Source: Candidatus Poribacteria bacterium
GTDB taxonomy: Bacteria > Poribacteria > WGA-4E > PCPOR2b
Assembly: GCA_965218095.1 (NCBI GenBank)
Contig: OZ244587.1
Coordinates: 4,544,001-4,608,000, forward strand
Length of the DNA: 64,000 nucleotides
Reading direction: 5' to 3'
This document shows positions 60,973-64,000 of this stretch, in pieces. Below the pieces are notes generated by a model. The model saw only the letters and a program-made list of their open reading frames with translations, did no database searches and had not been told where the DNA came from. How positions within the stretch are numbered: the stretch's first letter is position 1; each line of letters starts with the position of its first letter. Both the position numbers and the translations under genes were made by a program.

Positions 60973-61920
60973 TTAATCCTCCAGTTTGAAGTGATACGGA
61001 ATTTGTACATTCCGCACAATTACTGCCCCATCCCCCCGCTTGGCTGGCGCGAAACGTAACGCCTTCAGGGCTTCAATCGCAGCTTTATCACAGCCAAATC
61101 CGATTCCGCGAATCACTTTAATATCTCTGGCGATGCCGTCAACGCCAATCGAGACTTCGAGATGCACAATACCCTCTCTCTGAGCACAACGCGCGAGTTC
61201 CGGGTATTTAGGTAAGACGCGATGGAGAAAGCGGGGCGGCTGTGTGACATCACTTAGATCAACCGTTGGTGGCTCAACCGCATCCGGATTGAAATCCGCC
61301 TGGGGAATCTGCGCCGATTCAATTTTGTCGATTATTGATAAACCGATCGACCAGCCCGGCTCAATTTTAGGGATGACAGAAGGAATCTGGGCGTGATGTT
61401 TACCTGAAAGTAACCGTCTTTCAAGCCCTCCCGCCCCAATTCCCGTACCACCGGGAAAAGCAGATTGAATAGGAATAGAGATGTCACTTGCTGGGAGCGT
61501 GAATCTTGCATCTCCTGTTGGGATTTTAACCGCTGTTGTGATTGGTTGCTGCAATCGTGGCGGTTGAGTTTGTGAAGATCGTGGATTTTCAATCCGTTTG
61601 ACCCTGCGGGCTGGTATCCGGTGTCTGGGTTTGGGTGGTTCTTTCAACTGGAGAATCTCCGCAATCACCACATCATCATCGATTTCTGCAATCTGGACAA
61701 CAAATAGCGTTGCGATCATTCCCACAATAAGGTGGAAGGCAAGAGAAATCAACAGCGAAAAACGTCTCGGCGTAATGATCTGGAATTCTTGTTCCTGGTG
61801 AGAACCCGCTTGAATCGCAGAAATGGCTCGCTTCTGTTGGGAATCCAGTGGAATAGATTTCAGAAGTACAGCATTAGGGAGACCAGCCACCATCTGCCTT
61901 TGGGTTTCATGGGCTTTCAT
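60973..61920 (-). CDS. TonB family energy transducer
   Basis: TM SLAFHL (TonB motif), Pro-rich linker, PKYPELAR..QREG.V, GFGCDKAA, RFAPA. Confidence 0.85.
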   Translation of the reverse strand: MKAHETQRQMVAGLPNAVLLKSIPLDSQQKRAISAIQAGSHQEQEFQIITPRRFSLLISLAFHLIVGMIATLFVVQIAEIDDDVVIAEILQLKEPPKPRHRIPARRVKRIENPRSSQTQPPRLQQPITTAVKIPTGDARFTLPASDISIPIQSAFPGGTGIGAGGLERRLLSGKHHAQIPSVIPKIEPGWSIGLSIIDKIESAQIPQADFNPDAVEPPTVDLSDVTQPPRFLHRVLPKYPELARCAQREGIVHLEVSIGVDGIARDIKVIRGIGFGCDKAAIEALKALRFAPAKRGDGAVIVRNVQIPYHFKLED

Positions 61921-62409
61921 CGAAGATTTGGATCAACGATATGTCTGTTGAGTGTAACAGATAAAATTCCTAATTTCAACCCCAAAAGATTTATGACATA
62001 GGGTTATTTCACTCTTCGGCAAAGTGAGCGTTGAGCCTACCCTCGTAGTGAAGTGTATCGAAACCAGGTTGAGCGAAGCTGCTTGCATCCCGATCTATTG
62101 GGGCGGGCATTGGTTTCGATAGGCCGAAGGCCACTCGACTGACGCCCGAAGGTGGAAAATGAAATACCCCTGATTTACGACAATCTTTCCTGCAGTTGTG
62201 CGACGGTGGTTTGCAGTTGTCTTTCTCTTGCTTACAGAGTAACATCGCAGGTGACAAAATAAGCGCAAATGCCATCACGTCGAAAACTGCTTGTCTCTGG
62301 TAAACCAATGATACAGGTATATCGTCGCAAAAGTAGCAGCTCTTACGGAAGTTAATACTTTGCAAAGGATGTGTTCAGGTTGAAAGCAAATCAACAGATC
62401 GACGAATCG

Positions 62410-64000
62410 ATGAATTGTTTACGCAATACGCAATACGCATCACGTTTCACGTTTTTGCTCATTGCCGTGCTTATGGGTGGGCTCATTGGGTGTACGACAG
62501 ATCAAAAGCCAAAGTCCGGTCATTGGGAAATTGTTCGGCGTGCAGATTGGGAGACGCGGTTCTATGATGTATTCTTCATTGACGAGAAAACAGGGTGGGC
62601 AGTTGGAAATAACGAGGGAAGCACATTTGCAGAGGAGTTCGATAGCGTCATCGCACACACAACGGATGGCGGTGCAACATGGCATCCGCAAAAGAGTGGA
62701 ACGTATTATTCGTTGCGAGAAGTGCGATTTATTGATCGCCAGATAGGGTGGATTGCCGGCGACAACGGCGTCATCTTACACACGGTGAATGGCGGAAAAA
62801 CGTGGGAACCGCAAGCAACAAATACTCATAATAGCCTGTTCGATCTCCATTTTGTTTCAGCAAAACAGGGCTGGGCAAGCGGTGATTTCGGAACCGCGTT
62901 GTACACAGGGGATGGCGGAGAGACGTGGGTGAATCGGGCTCAAGGGATCGGCGAAAATTCGCTGAGGGGTGTCTATTTTCTCAATCCTCAGCGAGGCTGG
63001 GTCGTTAGCTATGAAGGTTACGCCTATCACACGAATGATGGTGGAGAGACCTGGAAACGCCAAAAGACGAATGTGCGCTACGAGTTATCTGATGTCTTTT
63101 TTGTCGATGAGAATCATGGGTGGATTGTCGGGGATAGACGCATAATTCTTGCAACAACAGACGGCGGTAAAAACTGGAAGTATTTGACCCAGGGATCGAA
63201 TAATCGACACGAACAGCTCTATGGACAACAGGTCAAAACCGGGAAGGAACCTTTGCACAGCTTCCTCTTATCCGATCTCTACTTTACCAATGCCAACAAT
63301 GGTTGGATCGTTGGCGACTTAGGCGCTATCTTACATACCAGTGACGGTGGCAAGACATGGAAGCATCAGCGAGGCGGTCCCACGCGGCTTGTTGGCGGCG
63401 ATAACGTCTTGCTAGGCGTACATTTTGTCAACAATCAACAAGGTTGGGCGGTCGGTGAAGTTGGGACAATCTGGCATACAGCAAACAGCGGGAAAACATG
63501 GGAACTCCAATCCTCGCCGAGCTATCTGTTATCGGACATCCATTTTATCAACAATAAGGTTGGATATGCGGTTGGCGATCGCGGGGAGATCCTTAGCACA
63601 AATGATGGGGGACGACACTGGCAGTCGCAAGACAGTGGGACAATGGAGTGTTTTGGTTCAACACATTTCATCAACGATCAGATGGGCTGGGCGGTTGCGG
63701 AATGGGGAATGATTGTCCACACGGTTGATGGCGGCAAAACCTGGTCGCAGCAAAGAACAGATACGGAGCAGGCGCTTCTTGGCGTCTTCTTTATTGATGC
63801 ACAGCAAGGGTGGGCAATTGGCAACAACGGCGAAATTGTGCATACCGCAAACGGTGGCAAGACGTGGAAACGTCAACGCAGCGGCATTAGTCGCGATCTC
63901 TTCGGCATTCATTTTATCGACGCTCAGACAGGGTGGATCGTCGGCGATGGCGGTATGGTTCTCTATACCAGGGACGGTGGGGATAAATGGGAACTTCAAA
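62410..64000 (+). CDS. YCF48-like BNR-repeat beta-propeller lipoprotein (3' partial)
   Basis: Lipobox LIGC; repeated F.D..GWAVG..G.I.HT.DGG.TW units; frame open to the window end. Confidence 0.88.
   Translation, partial: MNCLRNTQYASRFTFLLIAVLMGGLIGCTTDQKPKSGHWEIVRRADWETRFYDVFFIDEKTGWAVGNNEGSTFAEEFDSVIAHTTDGGATWHPQKSGTYYSLREVRFIDRQIGWIAGDNGVILHTVNGGKTWEPQATNTHNSLFDLHFVSAKQGWASGDFGTALYTGDGGETWVNRAQGIGENSLRGVYFLNPQRGWVVSYEGYAYHTNDGGETWKRQKTNVRYELSDVFFVDENHGWIVGDRRIILATTDGGKNWKYLTQGSNNRHEQLYGQQVKTGKEPLHSFLLSDLYFTNANNGWIVGDLGAILHTSDGGKTWKHQRGGPTRLVGGDNVLLGVHFVNNQQGWAVGEVGTIWHTANSGKTWELQSSPSYLLSDIHFINNKVGYAVGDRGEILSTNDGGRHWQSQDSGTMECFGSTHFINDQMGWAVAEWGMIVHTVDGGKTWSQQRTDTEQALLGVFFIDAQQGWAIGNNGEIVHTANGGKTWKRQRSGISRDLFGIHFIDAQTGWIVGDGGMVLYTRDGGDKWELQ

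Noticed and set aside
61921-62409. Cobalamin or other riboswitch upstream of tonB
   Set aside because: No B12-box or other riboswitch core found; the palindromes (TATCGAAACCA/TGGTTTCGATA) look like REP-type repeats

Overview
Bacterial chromosomal window, most likely Candidatus Poribacteria or a relative. This is an inference from the C-terminal VEPxxKLAATWGxIK motif and the abundance of PhyH, DUF4838, BNR, TPR and FGE-family genes. Housekeeping blocks are ileS, the tRNA cluster with tig-clpP-clpX-lon-rqcP(yabO), and smpB-ssrA. They are interleaved with catabolic and secreted-protein genes, many pseudogenes, four IS5-family copies, an IS1595 transporter element with passenger genes, decayed IS3 and IS982 elements, a group II intron 3' remnant and several MITE/REP-like repeats. 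Best leads: (1) a normal-sized tRNA with an Arg-type body but a UCA anticodon (reads UGA, not tRNA-Sec) inside the core tRNA operon; (2) an unannotated multidomain lipoprotein selenoprotein family (W-UGA-xx-C plus SECIS-like hairpin) seen in two paralogs; (3) a complete Ile-rich leader-peptide attenuator upstream of a GxHH-type IleRS2; (4) a two-PspA envelope-stress locus that includes a DUF151 nuclease; (5) a PorU-like C25 peptidase near a gene carrying the TWGxIK tail. All family assignments come from motif recognition by eye; no searches were run.
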